Assembly (NCBI GenBank): GCA_003971905.1
Contig: RSEE01000041.1
Location: 372,001 to 436,000 of the forward strand
Source: Moniliella sp. 'wahieum'
Lineage: Eukaryota
Reading direction: 5' to 3'
DNA: 64,000 nucleotides
The translations under genes were made by a program, and so were the position numbers. Below the pieces are notes generated by a model that did no database searches, was not told where the DNA came from, and saw only the letters and a list, made by a program, of their open reading frames with translations. Of the stretch, positions 36,176 through 49,696 are shown in pieces. The number at the start of each line of letters is the position of its first letter. Positions within the stretch are counted from its first letter, which is position 1.

Positions 36176-37699
36176 ATGAGGCTGCGCTGGCTGAGGTTCC
36201 TATATAGCAAAGCTAGTATACTTCCCCCCCTCTCTCAATGTCTCTTCATGCTGAGGAGACGAGGAAACCATCAGAGATTATCGATGATCGATGACCCGGT
36301 ATGCTTTCGGGGGAATACAAGACAAGGAGACACAATTTAAACTTGGGAATGACACAATCGAGTCGAAGAGATCCCAAGGGAAGATGTCACAAAGCCCCCC
36401 GAGGACTTGACTTTTGCTCTGATGGCTTATCGATCATCTCGTACAAAGTATATCCTTCTCTCTTTTCTCATCCCAAGGCGCACATGTATCACAAGGGTAG
36501 TGATATAATGTCGAAAAGGGAGTGGTTCCATGAGGATGTGCCATGTATACATGACGCGCATGATAAAGTGGAGGGGGAGGGAGTGGCTTTTGCGTGTACG
36601 CGGGGGGGATAGAGTGTGTTTCCGTGCAATTCAATATAGTTAGCGAAGAGCAGACGATGTGCGTGGTATATACTGCGGGGACATATCTACTAATACACCC
36701 TATGTTGGTGAAGCAGACAAGCAATGCCTCTCCTGATGCATTATTGACGGGAATTAATATGGAGAGGACCGTCTTTTGCATATAGTGCGAGAGAGGCAAG
36801 GTCCTCAAGTCTGTGCTCTCCATCCGGGATGCCCATGATTTCTATGAGAACCAGTTGTGGGGAGAAAAAGAAGGAAGACGTAATACGGATGAGGTACCGT
36901 GGGCGCGAATAAGGGCCAGGAAAACGTTTGATGAATCACAGGGGTGGAGGTTGATCACATTTGGTGAGACCCTTGGGGACAAGGGAGGAACAAGGCATAT
37001 GCATCCCAACGGACGGTACCCGGTAACACACGAGAGAGAGATATGAACGTTTCTTCGTACGTTCACCACATGCAGGCCCCACGATTGAACAGTGACTACT
37101 ACTAGAGTGACTCATCGTACTCATCCCCCTCACCAATCTTCTTTCTAGCCTGTATCCCATCCGTCGTCCTCGGGCCATCCATGCATTTATACTTATTGTT
37201 CGACCCATATAACCTGCCCACAGTCGACTGCTCTACCCCAACTCATGATCCATGCCGTCATGCCGTCTCTAGCCCATCCATCCCAGTTCTGACTGAACCC
37301 CGATTCCCCCGTCAGACTGGTTGCTTGTCTTATTCAATCCGAATCGAGATCCGAAACAGATATGATGGATTTGAGTGGTAATAGGGGCGAGAGCCAAGAG
37401 AAAGAGTAGCGATCGGAAAGAGAACAGAAACGGAAAGGGCAAGAAAGAAAAAGAGAAAAAGAGAAAGAGAACGGGAACGGGAACGGGAAAGAGAAAGAGA
37501 AAGAGAAAAGAGAGAGAGAAAGAATCAAGTGGAGCTCCTGCACACGAGAAGAGATGGAGGGAGGTGGTGCAGGCGCATAGGGATCCAGGCACAGAGGAAG
37601 AAAAGCGACACTTTGATGGGTTGAGAGGGCGAGGAGAGATGGGGAGAGACGACGAGAGAGAAGAGACGGAAAGCAATACCATCCGTGCCCACAGGGCGC

Positions 37700-40447
37700 A
37701 GGCAGAGATTACGTTTGGGTTTCTCAGGGATCCGGCCAGAAGCAAAACAAGCGGTCGGGGAAGCTCCCCAGCCGATGGGTATACGCCCCGTAAGCAGAAG
37801 GGCAGACCCAAGTGCCCGAAACTAGGCCAGCTCGGCAAAAGGCAAGAAGGTCTGCTGGAGAGGGGAGAATGGCGGCGGCTCCTCTTGCTCTTCGGCAAGC
37901 GGGAAAAACTTGTCGAGCGGGCTGAACATGACACCGGCAGAGGGAGCAAGGGGTCCTTGTTCAGGTTCCACCCTCGCGATTCCACCATCGAGCACACCGT
38001 CTCGTCCGAGTCAGACAGAGGCACTTCGTCCAGGTTCAACTCGGTTGCGCCCGTCGTCTCGGTAACAGGCACCGGCGCAGGCATCCCTTCGTACGGCTGA
38101 CGGAGGAAAGTGAGCGAAGCGTCGAACGACTCGCGACGGAGGACCTTGGGGTCCAGCCGAGTAGCAGCAGCATGCACTTGGCCGTCCGACTGCAGCTGCG
38201 CAACGGGCCACTCGAGTGGCGCCGCCCAAGGCGCCGGCGACGGGGACAGAAGCCGCTCCAACGGACCGAACACGCTCGCCCGCATGGTCGAGGGCGAACC
38301 GGAGACAAGAGTGGGACTGGGGTAACAGGCTCCCACGCCGAGGGAGACGAGGCAGAAGATGCAGCGGCAATCGAGTCGGGGGAGGCCGTGAGCGAATCAA
38401 CAGTGAGCTCGGGAATAATTTGCTCGGACGAGGCGGTCTGCGGCCGTGCGAGGGGCTGTTGGTCAGCGCACGCAGACAGGTCGAGCGAGGGAGGCGGGGC
38501 TGCCTCGGTCAATGTCAACGGCCAAGAGTCGGTTTCGCCCGACACTGAATGAGCCCGCTGGTCCACTACCTGCTCCGGGCCAAGCCAACCGACGGGCACA
38601 GCCGGTTGGGAGAAAAGATCGGGCATCGTGTTGGAGCGCGGCTTGTCCCCCCCCAAGTTCCCGTCGGGGACGGAGAGAAGCCCCAGACCCGTACCAGCCG
38701 ATTGCGGCAACTCTGTGCTCGGCGACGGAGGTAATCCCGCCGTGGGAGATAACAAGGGCGCCGTGACGAACGGTAGCATTGGCATCTGCGGTGACGTGGG
38801 CGTGGGCAGGAGGCCCATTGGCGCGCCCGACACAAAAAGAGGCGGAGCAAGCGTGCTCAGCGGCTCTGTCGCGGTATGCCGACGGCGAGCAAGGGATGAG
38901 GGAACGGCCGCCTCCTTGTTTGGTCGCGGCGTCTTCAGGGACTCCATGGCGGAACGCTTGCGGTTCATGTGGACAGCATCGGCGTGCGAGGGGCGTTGAG
39001 GCTCATGGAGGGGTTCAGGAACAAGGAATCCTGGCCCGCTAGCATCGCCAGTGAGGAAGGGCGAAGGCTGCCTCTTGGGCAAGACCGGCTTGGGAAATGA
39101 ATCCATGGGGACTTCAACCCCCCGGAGCTCCTCAGGAATGCACGAGTTCCACGACTTGATCTTGTTGAATTGCCGGGTCTGGTCGTTGTATCGGAACTCG
39201 GAGACGTACAACTGCTGCGTCTCACGGTCCCACACCTCGGTTGTTGGACGACCACGAATGTAACGGGTGTAGAACATGACGAAGCAACGTTCCAGAATGT
39301 CCTGTACCTTGTGATCCACCATGAGCCCTGTCTTGAAGACCTCATTGGGGATGAACTGACGCGAGGGTGGGTGGACGGTCTCCTCGGGACGGTGGTACCA
39401 GCAGACTGAGACGTAGTATTGCCCAGAGCGGGCCAAGGCAGATTTGCTGGTTGAAGATGCCACCTCGTGCCCCGAAGGCGCCTTTTGAAGTACCTTGAAA
39501 ATTTGGCCGACAATGGGCTTGCTTGGGTCAGAAGGGTTGAGCAGATGCACCCAATCACCAACCCGGTACGTTTGACCTTTGAAATTAACATGGTCAAACA
39601 CCACCTTTTCGCGATTGTGCAGACGCGCGTGCGAAAGCAAGTCGGCCGCGGACGATGCCAGCAGCTCGGACGAAACGGGCCCGAGAGGACCATCTGCTAC
39701 GAACGGGTGGGTGCTGCCTCACCCGGCCCAACAGGCACCGAGGTAAAGGGTGTCGGCTGCACTGAAGCGAGGTGGGTAACGGAATCCATGTGTGCTTCAA
39801 TTGCCTCCACCGAACTTTGGGCAGGCCAAGCAACGAGCTCAAAGTAGATGTGCTGCAGACGAGCCACTTGGCCGTAGGTAGAGGTGCCAATCGGATTGGT
39901 GAGGCGGGCGTTGGCAAAGAGGTGCATCATGTCCTGCTCAAACTCAACAGGCGAGCTATACGCCTGCCGGTCGATCTTTGCTTCAATGACATGAAGAGAG
40001 ATGGGATGGGACACCTACTCGAATCACAAAAAAGGAGAAAGGGTCAGACATCCTGGTTAGCCGTCATAAAATACGCTGTAACGTACCTTGCTGTAGTACT
40101 CCGCATCCGTGGTCGGGTCTGGGCACAAGGCCAGATCATGGAGAGCCATGAAGGGCGCCGGGTCCCGCGGGTGGGGAGCGGGGGAAAGGTCGACGAGGTG
40201 CTGGAAGACGGAGGCGTAGATGGCATGGGCCTGAGCCCGGGCCACATCGGGCACGTCCGAGAGGCGGCGGGAGATGGAGCCAGAGGTCGGTGGGGCTGGG
40301 GGTGCGCACAGCGGCAACAGGCTGGTGCGAAGGAGGCAGGGTCTGATGCGCGAGCTGCTGCGGCATGGGGGGGGGGGTGGGGGTGGGGGCGGGGCCGGGG
40401 GCAGGGGCGGAAGCAAGAACACTGGGGACAGCAGGAGCGGCGGCCAT
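37700..40447 (-). CDS. Rsc1/Rsc2-like chromatin remodelling subunit (bromodomain + BAH)
   Basis: Bromodomain EYYSK|VSHPISLHVIEAKIDRQAYSS..EFEQDMMHLFANAR (intron ~40016-40087). BAH: FKGQTYRVGDWVHLLNPSDPSKPIVGQIFK...CWYHRPEETVHP..RQF..NEVFKTG...FNKIKSWNSCIPEELR. The 3' end is uncertain. Confidence 0.8.
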
Positions 40448-43400
40448 GGTGTTCAGCGGGGGGGCGTGAGCGTGAGCGTGATCAAACGAATGTGTGTGTG
40501 TGGTCGAGGACCAGGGCGGGGGACGCCTGCCGGCAGGCGAGGGAGGGGGGGAGAGGGCCAAAAGAATGTGGGTGGGGCGCAGAGGCCAGCGAGTTGGGGG
40601 AGGTGGAGGCAGGGATCGCCGTCGTCGGGGGGGTCGAGGACAGCGGGACGGATGGCAGAGGGGGCGGTGGTGGTGGTGGAAAGCAAGGATGGGCCGATGG
40701 GGCGGGAGAGGAGGAGTAGGTGACTGGGGCACTGGAGCAGCTGGGAGCGGTGGGGCTGGCCTGGCTGCATGCCGCACCAGGCGCCAGGGCGCTGTGCCGG
40801 GCGGGGCCAGGCGGGGCGGGGCGCGGGGCAGTGTGAGGCAGACGGGGAGGGAGGGACACTGTGCGGGTGCGTGCCTGGAGCTGCCGTTTGCTGCCTGGGC
40901 GTCCTGGGACTGCCTAGTGCTGCCTAGTGCTGCTTGAACGGTGAACCCCCCCCGCCCCTTGCGTGGCGCAAGCAGGGTATGTGCAGCGGCCAGAGCAGCA
41001 GCACGCCAGTGTGGGCGGTGGTCAGCGGTGGGCCACCGGTGATGGCGGATGGCTGATCGATGATGCCTGGATGCGCTGACGCATGCGCAAAGCACACGAG
41101 ACACCCACCGCGGTTGGGCGAGTTTTCGCTGCCCGTTGGTGCCCGGGGCGTTGTTGGCCAACCCCGCCACACCCCAACCGCCGCCAGCGTGGGCCACCGT
41201 CCAGCGGCAGTGGCCTGGTGGGGGCGTTGGTCGTTGTATGCCCTGAGGCCTGAGGCCCTGGGGCGCTGAGGCGTGGCTATTGAATGGGAACGCACGGGAA
41301 AGCACGGCGCCCTTTCCGGCCGTGGGCGTTGCAGGACCAGGGAACAGCTGATCCTGATCGACTGACCTGCGGGGCCTGCCCATGCTCAGGCGTTTAGGGC
41401 TCAGCCGACGCAGGGCCTCAGTCTTGCGTGTTCCCCACCAGGGACTGGGCTTGGAAGAACAGTGGGCGTGGCATTAGGCTCTCATTTGTTGTTCTCCCAG
41501 TGCCAGAACAAATGACTGGCATTGAGGTGCTGCGTGAGGCCGAGGACGGCATGAGGCGTTGGTAGGGCCAGGGCAGGCAGCTCATGCATCATGCATCATA
41601 TGCTACCGATCATCGATCAGTGCAGATCCTCTCTGGCATCGTGCATGGTGGGCTATGGCGCCGCTGTGGCTGGACAGGGCGACGCGCACCGTTTGGGATG
41701 TGTGGCCGACTCAGGAAGCGGCAGGTCTCGATATCCTGGCACAGGCGCATGCCTGCGGTGGGCAGGGTGCCGACCCCCGAGTCCTCGGATGTCGGACAAT
41801 CGATCATCGATAATCGATAAGAGCTCACATGTCGCATGCCACAGCGGCGTGGTGCCCCTTTTTGCCCGTCTTTGCCTGTTTTGCCTGTTTTTGCCCGGCG
41901 TGCTCCACACAGAATTCAGCTGGGTGGGTCACCGTCACATGTCACACCAGTCGATGGCACACAGCCCGTGTCCCATGCCACGCCATCACAGTCAAGGCAT
42001 GTCACATGTCACATCCAGGGTCACATGGTCACAGCCGTCACACGTCAACTTCTGCGAGCCCAACATGCTATGTGATCGACACGTGATCGATGATCGATCT
42101 GATTAATGATTCGCCTCTTTCTTTTTCACGTACACGGCAGGTATAGCGAAACAGCAGGCACATTCCGTTCCCTAGGCTTTATTGCTTCTTGCGTAGCTCA
42201 AGTGCGGCATAGCAATACGACGCCAGCCATGCTGCTGATGCTCACAGTGCCCCTTCGTCGGGTGCAGAGAGAGTGGCGTCGCCAGAGCGGATAGCAGATG
42301 GAAATACAAAACTCAGGAGCACATTTTGTACTTCCACAGATACATCGCCCACCTTTTCACACACCTCTCTCGGGATCCTTTGATTAGCCTTTGATTGTTC
42401 CCATTCAATTCACTCGCTAGGCATAGTTGGGCAGAGCATTTTATGCTTTCGCACCACCACCACAGCTCGCCCGCAGGCCTGTGGTGGTGGCGACTGGCTA
42501 CCTACATAGTGTCCCCGTGTAGGTGTTGTTGCCAGATTGGGTTAGGCTATACAGCCGCAACTATTAATGCAACGCTTTTGCACCATAATCACGCCTGGAT
42601 GACGCTTGAGGTCAAGCTTAATCCTGAAGGCCACACATCAGCACTCCTGAGTGTGGACCCCAGGACTCCAGAGCTCATCAACAGAAGAGTAATACTTCTT
42701 TGCTCATCTCCAAAACAGTAAGCAAAAGGAGGATCATCTCGATCATCCAGCACTCTCAGATCTCACCTTTCACCGGCCGGCTCCCTCCCCCACCTTCCCC
42801 GCATCTTCTATCTCTCTCCCGGCGCATTTGTCAACACTATTATGAACGCCACTCCCTATCAAAACATATATTCTTTCGTCTTTGTAACCGAGAGACTGAG
42901 TCATAAAGCATAACCGTAACCCGCCTTAGTCCCCATTTTCCGTCCCCATTGTTCCTTTTTGACGAAGAAGACTTACCGTCGAGCGTGCTTCTCAATTAGC
43001 CACAAGCATTAACTCCGCAACCAATGCCAAACTCTTTACCATTATTGTCTTGAGGGATGGAGTGGTCGTCTTTTCTGGCTCCCAAATCCGAGACGGCCAG
43101 TTTGGCCGCTTTGTAACCACCATCGCATCTATTGATAAAAGAAGGAAAGTTGCTTTGGATGCACATCAGAGGAACTTTTTTGATCAATGGGCCTGTGACG
43201 CCCATGTGACGCGCACATTGTTCCTTTCACCCCCGCCTCCCAGGAAGATAGACTAAGAGGTGGTCTGTCTCAAGGCAAGCAGGCTTCTGATAATACTGGC
43301 TTGCTTCGGGACACTAGTTGATCCTGTCATCAGTGGTAACCCTGACTCATGTGGCAGAGTGCTGGCCTCTTTATAGGGGGTGGTGGGAGGGATTTGGCCT

Positions 43401-45266
43401 GTGTGGCATTATGATAGCTACCCTAACCCTGGGGTACCGCGAACGGTGGGAAACTAGCAACCTGGGTTATAGAACCACCGTTCAATTCGCCATCTTTCTG
43501 CCCAAGCAGCCACCTCTTTCACGGGCTGCACAGTGGGCGATTCCAGTAAGCCCCCCTCTCGAGTAGTTTTTTGGCGTCCCCATCCGCCGTTGGGGGATCT
43601 ATGGATCCGCCATTCCTTCTCTTGCCAGTGAATAAGAATGCGCAGGGAGCACTACGCTACGTTCGGGAGCACGATCCTCTGTCATCAGGACAGCTTCATC
43701 GGGTATTCACTTCTCCATATCCCCTATGAACATGCCGCCCTAATTCTTCTGTCGAAAGTACAATCTGACGGAAGTTACGCTATTCTTCCTATACTACATT
43801 CAAATACACATGTTCCGCGGTCCTCCCTTTCAACGTCCCGGCTTCGTTTCCCTATAACTTTATAAGGACTCTCGATGGTCGGGATGAGGAACTTTTATTG
43901 GAAGCAGCTCCCATCTGCACTCAAACAGCATGGGGCAAGACATCTCCTTGTGCGTAGCACAGGTGAGAGAGAATATTCCGCCTTGTTACGGGAGCCATTT
44001 TGCAGATGTTGCAGTGTTGAAAACACATTCAAGCCCCTTGTATCCGACACCGTCGGACATATAGCGTCCACGCAACCGTGCCCCACGATGCCATTTTGGA
44101 CAACGCACACCATACAAAATATGTCTGGCATATATGCGCTGTGGACCCATCTATCTCCTTTAACCACAGCTCCCCGATTTACTAATTCTCAGCCTCTTCC
44201 TCCTCTCCAAACGGCCATTCGAGGGTATCGGCACTGTTCTTGTATTCTCTCACATGTCACCATTCGGCACCGTCTCTCTCTTCATCCTTCTTCCCCCAAA
44301 ACGTTATTACGGGTACCAACCAAAATCTTTACCAGATGATTCGTGTGGATGTGGTCCCGACATTTCCCACGAAATCTGTTTTTCTTCCCCGACCAGTGTG
44401 TTTGTATGGCGGTCAGCTGGGCCTACACCGGCCGTTCCTGTATTGCTGATTGGGTACGACGAACGACGCAACGGTGGATGCGACAGCAAAAGGACTGTGG
44501 CTGTTGGCGCTGTGAACGGCGATCCTGTATGATCTGGTATAACCTCTATCAATGGAAGAAGCGGTTCAGAGAGCCAAAACCTGTCTATTGCCCTGGTGAA
44601 GACTCGGTCCACTTCATCTTTTGTTCTCTCTCCAACCCGATTTCCTCGATCCGACGTGTCCAGAGAGGGTGGTGGAATCCCCGGACGCAAGTGCCCATCT
44701 CACCTGTCTGTCTTTCCGATGTACCCAAACCCCTACCTACCCACTTGCCTAACCCTTCCAATGGAATCTCCCATCTTGCTTCTGATGCCCAATCGGATCC
44801 GAACGGGTCTGTGGTGAGTCGTAACCCCGCCGCAGGGGGCATTCATTACGTATAGCCCATGAAGATATATGCTACAAACATCACTCTTGCCGGGGTGCAC
44901 AGCGAGCCGGATGGTTCTTGCTGACGATTGAGATGGCGATGAAGCTGGAATGTTCTTATGAAAAACTCTTCCCGCATTCATGTTCGTCACTATAGTCGGT
45001 TTGTCATCTATACAATCGTCCTCATCACCCTCTCTGCGATTATCGCAGTATACTGTGCTCAGTAATAGTGTGCATTTCTGACCCGGTTCATGCTTCGCCC
45101 TACATCCCATTCGTCTGGATAGAGATGTGAGAGACCTGATAGGTGTGTTTGGTGCATACCACGTGCGGGAGAACCTTCCCATTGTGCCTCCCTCAACTTC
45201 GGTTTGCTCCCTGCTATTAGTTAGTCTTCCATCATGGCCACGTTCTAGGGCTGCAAATTAGCCAAC

Positions 45267-45338
45267 GCTCGGCTGGCGCAAAGGTAGCGCATCTCTCTCC
45301 TAAAGAGAAGGTTGTGGGTTCGAGTCCCACGTCGAGCT
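45267..45338 (+). tRNA. tRNA-Arg(CCT), intronless
   Basis: GCTCGGC TG GCGCAAAGGTAGCGC A TCTCT CT-CCT-AA AGAGA AGGTT GTGGGTTCGAGTCCCAC GTCGAGC, followed by an oligo-T terminator. Confidence 0.95.
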
Positions 45339-45646
45339 TTTTTTGTTTTTGAAGCTTCACATGTAAACAACGCATAGTCAGACATTGGGTCGTCGTCCCG
45401 GTGACTCTGTTGCCACCGATTTGCAAGCTTCATCACTACGAGGAGTAACTAGTAACCTCCGTTCGTAGCACCTGCCGCGAGCTTCACCAGCAAGCATCAA
45501 GGTCGACCGACGACTATCTGCAGACGTCTAGTACAGTCCCGGACACCAGCCCAAACCCAACCTTTCGTGGCTACCGACCAAGAGCTATGGCGACCCTATC
45601 CGTCAAAGGGGGAGATATACCAGAATCGATCGAATACGTAACGCCA

Positions 45647-46891
45647 TCAAGTGAAGAGCTTGTTGACACTCATGCTGCCTTCTTGCTGGCGTTTGAGGAC
45701 CTTGGATACCGCCAGCTCAAAGTCCTCGTGAGAAACATGTTGGCGGCGTTCACGAAGAGCATACATGCCGCCTCGGTGCAGATCCCACGCACCTCGGCCC
45801 GACGCTTGGCCCATCTTTCTGCCAACGCACGAAGGTTGACCCCCGCGCTGCAAGCTCATCCGGCGCGAGTGGATGCGCAGAATGGCCACACGGGCCTCCG
45901 GCCCAGGAGGGGGGAATTCAATCTTGCGGTCAATGCGGCCTGGACGGAGCAGGGCAGGGTCCAAGATATCAATTCGGTTGGTGGCCATAATGACCTTGAT
46001 GTTCTTCGTCCTTCAAACCCGTCCAATTGATTCAGAAGCTCGAGCATCGTTCGTTGCACCTCCGAGTCCCCGTTGCTCCCACTGTCGCCGCGCGAAGAGC
46101 CGATGGAATCAATTTCATCCATAAAGATGATCGAAGGAGCATGTTCGCGAGCCATGACAAAAAGTTCACGCACCATACGCGAACCCTCACCAATGTACTT
46201 TTGTACCAGCTCCGACCCACTCACACGAATGAAGCGCGTGTCGGTATGGTGCGCGACGGCCCGAGCGAGCAGGGTCTTACCTGTACCGGGAGGGCCGTAG
46301 AGAAGCACACCTTTGGGCTGGGCAATCCCCAAGCTTTCGAACAGTTCCGGGTGCTTGACAGGCAACTCGATCACCTCTTTGATCTCCTTGATCTGCCGGT
46401 CCAGGCCACCCACTTGCTCGTACGTCGAATCCGGCACTTTTTCCACCATCATGAGCGAAACGAGGGGGTCGACCTTGTTGGGAAGAATCTTGTGCAGTTG
46501 GTAGTTGTCCGGACGCAGCGCCACACGCAGCGCAGGCTTCAGCGACGCAGGATCAATGTCATCGGCAAAGTCCACGAAAACTTGCCCTCTGGCTGGATCT
46601 TGACCAACACCTTCTTCTTGCCCATCACTTTGACCACCTCACCGACGCTGCTCCCGGGCTCGTGAGCAGCTGCAGCTCTTCACGCAGAAGACGCACGCGT
46701 GCGTTGAGCGCATTGCGTTGCGCTTCGAGCCGACGCAGGTTCTGCGTCTTATCGTTGATCTCCAGCTCGTATGCTTGCATCTTGGCGGCGTAGAACGAGC
46801 CGATTCCCGAGGCACGCACGCCACCGACATTGGATGGAGTGGGGGTGCTGGGACCAGCGGCGTGAGCCTTGGATACGGTCGCTGTGGCCAT
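45647..46891 (-). CDS. RPT6: 26S proteasome AAA-ATPase regulatory subunit 8
   Basis: [103 protein letters not shown]. Confidence 0.97.
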
Positions 46892-47252
46892 GGTGGTGTG
46901 GGTCGTGGTAGACAGCGGATGGATGCGGGCGAAAGCCAAGCCCGCTGTCCTGCTTGCCTCGCCACGGGACTCGCCTCAACGTACGTTCAACAGAGTGACG
47001 CGTTCGGCGGGCGGAATGTGATGTCCGACCATTCCGCCCTCGCCACCTCGGATGCACCGCCGCTCGCCCTTCTTTCGCCATCCCGTGCGATTTATATCAG
47101 CCGGTTCAGCCGGGTTCCATTCTATTCCATTCCACTGCTGCCTGTCGCCGTACGAAAGAAAGAGACCATTCAATGCCACGTCTAGACGAAAAGCCCAATA
47201 AGGATGCATGTGCAGACTGTCAGGAGGCGAGCAACAACGAACAGGAAATGCG

Positions 47253-48502
47253 CTACTGCTGGCGGCACTCTTGCGGGTCAGCGACTGGGCCGTTGCGCCG
47301 CCAGGCGCCGGGCCCTCATCATCGTCGTCGTCGTCCTCGTCATCGTCATCATCCTCAAACCCTTCGAGCTCGTCAAACTCCTCGTATTGCAGCGCCTCAC
47401 CGGTAAAGTAGGTGATCGCGTGCGGCACGATCCGGTCCTTGAGATCTTCACCCAGCTGGTAGTCTAGCTCCAGACGCTCCTCCAGCTCCTCCAGGCCTTC
47501 ATCCTCCGACTCGTCGGCGCCCGAAGGCGGCTGCGGAGGCTGGAAAAAGTTGAAGAAGGAATCGGCCGGGACCGAGCGCTTGACCACACGGGTCTCGTTG
47601 GTGTGCTTGTTGCGCTGCTTCTTGGTCTCCACCCGCTTGGTCAAGTCCTTGTCGGCGCTTACCCAGTCGATCGTCGTACCCTCCGCATGGTCATAGATCA
47701 GGTCTCCGTTGGGACCAACATCATCACGGTAGTAGTAGGTCTTGGTCAGAGTAGTGTTGGTGAAGAAGCCATTGTTCGGCGCAAAGTCAAAGAAGAGCTG
47801 GAAGCCGGCTTGCCCTCCGATGGCAAGTGCTCGCTCCGAATGTCCTGCAGGAAGTTGAGCGCCTCCTCGTCCCGCTCCGAGATGAGCTCGGCCAAGGCCG
47901 TGTGGGTGTGAAGCGCAGTGAGCCAGAAATGGGGGATGCCAGTCTCGCCATCGGAAGGTGCCTTGACTTCGGAAAGCGATTCCTTTGCCTCCCTCGTCAT
48001 TGTCATTGCCCAACTTGGCCTCAGTGGCCTTCTCACCCTCGAGCACAAGCGCCGCCGACGGCTCCTGAGTACCGAGAATAATGTCCTTGCGTTGCTGGTA
48101 CAAAGGAGCGTACTTGGTCTGGAACTTGCGCTCCAGCTCCATAATCTCCTTTTGGAACTCGGCCTCGATCTTGAGGTGCTGGGCCTGGAGCCCTCTAGTG
48201 CTGCGAGCGGCGGCGGAGGTAATCAGGCAGGCCCTCGACGTACCCGCTGCTTGCGCCATTGAGGCGGCCGAGACGCTCGGCAATGATCGCAGCCAGGGCG
48301 GGGTTGGAAGCAAGCGCAGCAGCAGCAGCCTCGTCGGTAGCGTTGGCAGCCGCCGCCTCCTCGTCCTCCTCTTGGACAGTGCCGACGGTAGGGCGGCTAA
48401 GGGCTTCGCGAGTCAGGGGCTGGTTCTGCAGCGGGGTGTTCTGCGGGGTGGGGGCCACGAGCTCATCCTCGGGCCGAGAGTTGATGTTGAGGTGTTGGAC
48501 AT
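47253..48502 (-). CDS. NAP1: Nucleosome assembly protein 1
   Basis: APTPQNTP; RLGRLNGASSGYVEGLP; GIPHFWLTAL; FFTNTTLTKTYYY; DLIYDHAEGTTIDW; ETKKQRNKHTNETRVV; SFFNFF; LELDYQLGEDLKDRIVPHA; acidic tail; C-terminal CRQQ*. Confidence 0.95.
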
Positions 48503-49696
48503 GGTGGCGCACACGGACGCAGACACGACGGGGCGGGGAGAGGTGATGGGAGAGAGAGAGCAACGGGGCTGGGTGCGGTGCGGCGGCTCTTTGAGCTTTG
48601 GGTCTGGTCGGGCCAGCGGGCCTGGGGCGTGCGCGCTGCGGCCTGGCCAGGCTGGCTGCCGCCCACTGCTCCCTCCCGAGGCCAGGCCTGTGCTGGCCTG
48701 CCGCGCAGAGAAAAACCAGACGCGCCGCGGGAGCACACTGGCGCCGTGCCGTCTAAAGCTGACGTAACCACCGGACACTGGCGCCCTGCGGGCCGGCCGG
48801 GCAAGCCGTTTTCCCAACACGCTTGCGGTGTGCTCTGCTCTGGTCCCTCCGGCGGCAGGTGGGTTAGTACCAGTGTTGTTCTTGCATCCCCATCCCCAGG
48901 CGTTTGGGCTGGGGGTGGCGGGCAGCCCGACCACCACAGCCTCCCGACGGCGATCTCCCCAGCGCCCTGGGATGCCTCCTGCCGCGCTGTCCTGGAGGTC
49001 GGCTGCAAGCGACCCCTCTGGGTCCAACATTTCTCAGAGCTCCATCTAACCTCTCATCGATCGCGTCGCCCATCGACCATCGATCATCGATCATCCTGCA
49101 TCCCTGTCGTGCAACCCTACCGCCCCAAGGCCAATCGGCAGGCAGAAAGCAGGTGCGCAGCCAGAAATGTTCAAATCCCCTGTCACGGCGTAGACATGCC
49201 ACATGGCAGGAGGGCGTCTGATTTCCGTGTCGGAGATGGCGTGGCACCCATACGAGCGTTCGGCCCTAAGGCGTAGGCCTAACTCCTAACGCAGCAACGG
49301 CAACCAGCGCTCGTCCAGCGCCCAAGCAGCCCCGCCCCGCACAGACCGCAAAGCAGCAAAGCCGGGGCAAAAGCAGCAAGAGTGGCACAGGCCCAGTGCT
49401 GCTCCCACCACGCCCGGCGCTTGCCGCGGGCATAACGACCTCCCCCATCTCCCTCTCCGCCATCAGACCAGCCGGCTCAGTCCGAGTGCCCACTACACTC
49501 GCTCACGACTCACTGGTCCCTCTTCGCCCCCACGCCTCGCTGTCCGCCCCCCCAGTGCCCCCGTGCCACATCACCGATCATCGCACCCGTAACATACCAG
49601 GCCATCCCGCTGCTCTCGGTATAGCCCCGGCTTTCCCACAGCACCCACGGCCCCCCAACGGCAGGCATCCACCACCACCACCGCTCCTCTGCGTCC

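Noticed and set aside
37375..38100. Lys/Arg/Glu-rich plus-strand ORF
   Set aside because: It arises from a GA-rich low-complexity tract that is the pyrimidine-rich 3' region of the minus-strand Rsc1-like gene.
40136..41383. 415-aa minus-strand ORF upstream of the Rsc1-like start
   Set aside because: Low-complexity Pro/Arg/Ala sequence typical of GC-rich UTR or promoter; only the part from 40447 is supported.
41482..41515. 9-bp inverted repeat TCATTTGTT/AACAAATGA (and similar short stems at ~51750 and ~55259)
   Set aside because: Short enough to be expected by chance in 64 kb; no associated TSD or repeat.
42300..45200. Short ORFs between the Rsc1-like promoter and tRNA-Arg
   Set aside because: No recognisable domain or consistent strand or codon signal; cannot support a gene or TE call.
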